DNA of 64,000 nt from Spirochaetia bacterium (GTDB lineage: Bacteria; Spirochaetota; Spirochaetia; SZUA-6; Bin103): assembly GCA_965203905.1 (NCBI GenBank), contig CBDBDQ010000005.1:4768001-4832000 (forward strand). The letters run 5' to 3'. Of the stretch, positions 61,514-64,000 are shown piece after piece (position 1 is the stretch's first letter; each line of letters starts with the position of its first letter). Both the position numbers and the translations under genes were made by a program. Below the pieces are notes generated by a model that saw only the letters and a list, made by a program, of their open reading frames with translations, was not told the origin of the DNA and ran no database searches.

Positions 61514-62581
61514 TTGCGGGCGGGGGCGGCGAACAACGGCCGTTCCACGGAGGAGGATCGACCCTTGGACGGAAGCCCGAGGCCGACGAGATTGGAGGAA
61601 CCCGAGAGGCGCGGCAGGGTCGAAGCGCCGATTCCCGCACCCTTGGGCGGGGAGCTGCAGGAGTTCTGGGGGGACATTTTCGGGTTTTCCGCCGAGCACC
61701 CGCCCGATGTGGCGCCGGAGGTGTTCTTGGGCAGCGAGGTGGAGCACAACCGCCTGAACGTGTACCTGGAGCGCCGGGGCGACACGCTGGCCGGCACCTG
61801 CACGCTCACCGTCTCGCGGACGGTCCCTATCCTGGGCGGGTTCGGGGAGGTAGCGACGCAGCCGGCGCTGCGCCGGTCGGGCATCGCCACCCGGCTGTGC
61901 GGGCGGGCGGTGCAGGAGTTTCGCGCCGGCGGCGGCCAGGCGCTGTTCCTGGGCACCATCTCGCCGGCGGCGCGCAGGGTCTACCACCGCCTCGGCTGGC
62001 GCAAGCTGGCCGGTGCCGACGTGATGGCCAACGTCACCAGCCGCGAGACGCCGGAGGCGTTCCTGGTCGATTACTTCCGCAAGCCGGGGGAGGCCACCGT
62101 GGTGCCCGCCACTGCGGCGGTGCGGGTGCCGATGATCCCCCTGCTGCACGCTCCCCACGACTGGCTGGTGCTGGACGCCAACGCCGGCATGTACTCGACC
62201 CGGTACTGCGTCCAGTACTCCTGCATGGGGCTGTACCGGCGCTACCTGGCCGCGGTGGCCGGGGGCAAGGGCGACTGGTTCTGCGCCCGCACCGCCGATG
62301 GCCGCGTCGTGGGGCTGGCGACGGTGTGCAGCTCGGGGACCGCCTGCCAGGTCGACGGCTTCACGCACCCGTACTTCGCCGCGGCCTGGCCCGACCTGGT
62401 GGCGGCCGCCATGCAGCGGGCCGCGGTACGGGGGGCAAGCGAGTGCCGTGCGGTGGTGTGCGTGGAGGACGAGGAGAAGCGGGCGCTGTTCGAGGGGCTC
62501 GGCTTCCGCGAGGCGGGCGCGGACTCGGACTTCGTGCTGGACGGGCGCGCCGTGGGCGCGGTCAGGATGGTGGTTGCCTGA
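61514..62581 (+). CDS. GNAT acetyltransferase (tandem GNAT); start uncertain
   Basis: VATQPALRRSGIA...ARRVYHRLGW; second domain ending LFEGLGFRE. Confidence 0.8.
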   Translation: MRAGAANNGRSTEEDRPLDGSPRPTRLEEPERRGRVEAPIPAPLGGELQEFWGDIFGFSAEHPPDVAPEVFLGSEVEHNRLNVYLERRGDTLAGTCTLTVSRTVPILGGFGEVATQPALRRSGIATRLCGRAVQEFRAGGGQALFLGTISPAARRVYHRLGWRKLAGADVMANVTSRETPEAFLVDYFRKPGEATVVPATAAVRVPMIPLLHAPHDWLVLDANAGMYSTRYCVQYSCMGLYRRYLAAVAGGKGDWFCARTADGRVVGLATVCSSGTACQVDGFTHPYFAAAWPDLVAAAMQRAAVRGASECRAVVCVEDEEKRALFEGLGFREAGADSDFVLDGRAVGAVRMVVA

Positions 62582-62625
62582 AAAGAAGGCCGGGGCGAAC
62601 CGGAGGGTCCGCCCGCGGCCCGGCC
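62581..62625 (-). terminator. Intrinsic terminator between convergent genes
   Basis: GGCCGGG...CCCGGCC stem followed by TTCTTTT on the minus strand. Confidence 0.45.
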
Positions 62626-62641
62626 ACTTGGGGTTGGCTCT

Positions 62642-64000
62642 TTAGAAGAAGGGAGCGCGGTTCCAGGCTGCCTGGTAGACCCGCTCGTATTCCTCGAGCC
62701 CCGCCTTCTGGAGGGCGGTGATGTACGCCTCCCACTCGGCGTCCGAGTTGATGTCGTTCTGGCCGATCACGAACTTCAGGGTGTGCTCCTTGAAGGTGTC
62801 CTGCATCAGCGTCTCCAGGTCCACCTTGGCGTCGATCTCCTCGGGGGTGAAGCCGCCGTACACGAAGCCGACCGCCGGCAGGTGGTCGAAGTCGTCCTTG
62901 GCGGTGAGCATCGGCCGGTTGCGCACGTTCATCTCCAGGAACTCGGGGAAAAACCCGGCGTAACCGCCCAGACCGTAGTCGCGCGTCGAGTGCTCTGCGT
63001 CGGGGTGTCCGGACGCCTTGATGGCGTCGATGTACACCGGCTTGCCGTCCATCCAGTTGAACGTCTCGCCCTCGATGCCCGCGGTGATCGCCAGGGTGCC
63101 GTCATAGGTAAGCAGCCACTCGGAGAACTCGATCCAGCGCGCGAACTTCTCGCTGGAGATGTCCATCTTGGCGGTGAAGGTGGCCCCGAACGGCTGCCCG
63201 GCGGGGTTCTTGTAGGCCAGCATCTGCTTGTCGGCATAGGCCCGCACCTCGGTCTTCGGCACCACCCACTTGGCGTCGGGATACTGCGAGCGCTGGAGCT
63301 GGTCGAAGAACCCGGCCCAGCTCAGCCAGCCGCCGGCGATGAAGGACTGGTTGTTGGCGATGCGTGCCTCCCACTGCTCCAGGGTGATGGTGCCGGCCTC
63401 CTTCTCCATCAGCCCCTCCTTGTAGAGCGTGGCCAGATATTTGAGCAGGTCGCGGTACTTGTCGGTCGCCGGTCCGTACACCACGCCGCCGGCGTCCTGG
63501 TCGTAGATCGGACCGCCCCAGTCGTAGGTGCGGAACGACTCGCGCAGGCCCATGGTGGCCGATCCCGGCCAGCCCCACTTGTGGGTCCAGGGCACCGACT
63601 CGGGGTACTCCACCTTGAACGCCCGCAGCACCTCCAGCAACTCGTCGGTGGTGCTCGGGAACTCCAGCCCCAGCTTGTTGAACTCGGTCTCGTTGTACAT
63701 GTAGCCCCGGTCCAGCGGCCACGGGTACTTGGTCGGCAGCACGTACATCTTGCCGTCGCCGGCCGACATCAGGGAGCGCATGAACGCCCACTCGTCGTCG
63801 GTCCACTGCGCCTGGTAGTTGGGCAGCCGGTCGAGGTAGTCGTCGACGGCGACGAAGTAGCCGCCCGGGATGTGGTTCAGCATCATCACCCGCTGCGCCG
63901 ACACGTTCCAGTTCCAGTTCATGTGGAGCTGCTCGGGAAAGTCGCCGCTGGCGAACATCACCGGCAGCTTGGTGTCGGTCTCGTTCCTGGGTACGTACAC
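62642..64000 (-). CDS. Extracellular solute-binding protein (5' end outside the window)
   Basis: MFASGDFP, DGKMYVLP, PSTTDELLEVLRAFK, LYKEGLM. Confidence 0.9.
   Translation of the reverse strand: MYVPRNETDTKLPVMFASGDFPEQLHMNWNWNVSAQRVMMLNHIPGGYFVAVDDYLDRLPNYQAQWTDDEWAFMRSLMSAGDGKMYVLPTKYPWPLDRGYMYNETEFNKLGLEFPSTTDELLEVLRAFKVEYPESVPWTHKWGWPGSATMGLRESFRTYDWGGPIYDQDAGGVVYGPATDKYRDLLKYLATLYKEGLMEKEAGTITLEQWEARIANNQSFIAGGWLSWAGFFDQLQRSQYPDAKWVVPKTEVRAYADKQMLAYKNPAGQPFGATFTAKMDISSEKFARWIEFSEWLLTYDGTLAITAGIEGETFNWMDGKPVYIDAIKASGHPDAEHSTRDYGLGGYAGFFPEFLEMNVRNRPMLTAKDDFDHLPAVGFVYGGFTPEEIDAKVDLETLMQDTFKEHTLKFVIGQNDINSDAEWEAYITALQKAGLEEYERVYQAAWNRAPFF

Overview
GC-rich bacterial sequence; host is possibly a Spirochaetaceae-like organism, inferred only from the SSB N-terminus and the style of the solute-binding proteins. 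About 49 kb (<1 to ~49,206) is a composite mobile/defence island. (i) 1-10.3 kb is a leftward phage/ICE-like operon of ~25 small genes (tyrosine recombinase, Toprim-like protein, SSB, RadC/JAB, two DUF6197-like paralogs) whose spacers contain four tRNA-mimicking T-loop elements. (ii) 10.3-19 kb holds a 1-kb non-coding region, a double-HTH protein, a higB remnant, an AbiU2-like HEPN, a deleted IS and a P4/D5-type SF3 helicase behind a nested palindrome. (iii) 19-36 kb is a string of cargo cassettes: SIR2-like, HEPN, an Mrr_N-like wHTH, a signal peptide-WD40-TM-STAND operon, a dead recombinase and an NspV-like R-M pair. Many cassette boundaries carry a recurring 28-29 bp dif-like dyad (ACTTCCGATAA-N6/7-TTCTGTCRMC). 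(iv) 36.5-49 kb has a RES gene, a DUF499/DUF3780-like/DUF1156/PLD-SNF2 restriction-like system with an inserted ApeA-HEPN, an AlpA remnant and a junction that truncates a host gene. From 49.9 kb on the content is metabolic (PLP aminotransferase, PhyH, sugar ABC, dehydrogenases, sulfotransferase, GNAT) with toxin-antitoxin debris and a solo AIPR. The best candidates for an undescribed system are the dif-like-site-delimited defence cassette array, the tRNA-mimic spacers and the receptor-like WD40-TM-STAND operon. All family calls come from motif recognition by eye; no database searches were run.
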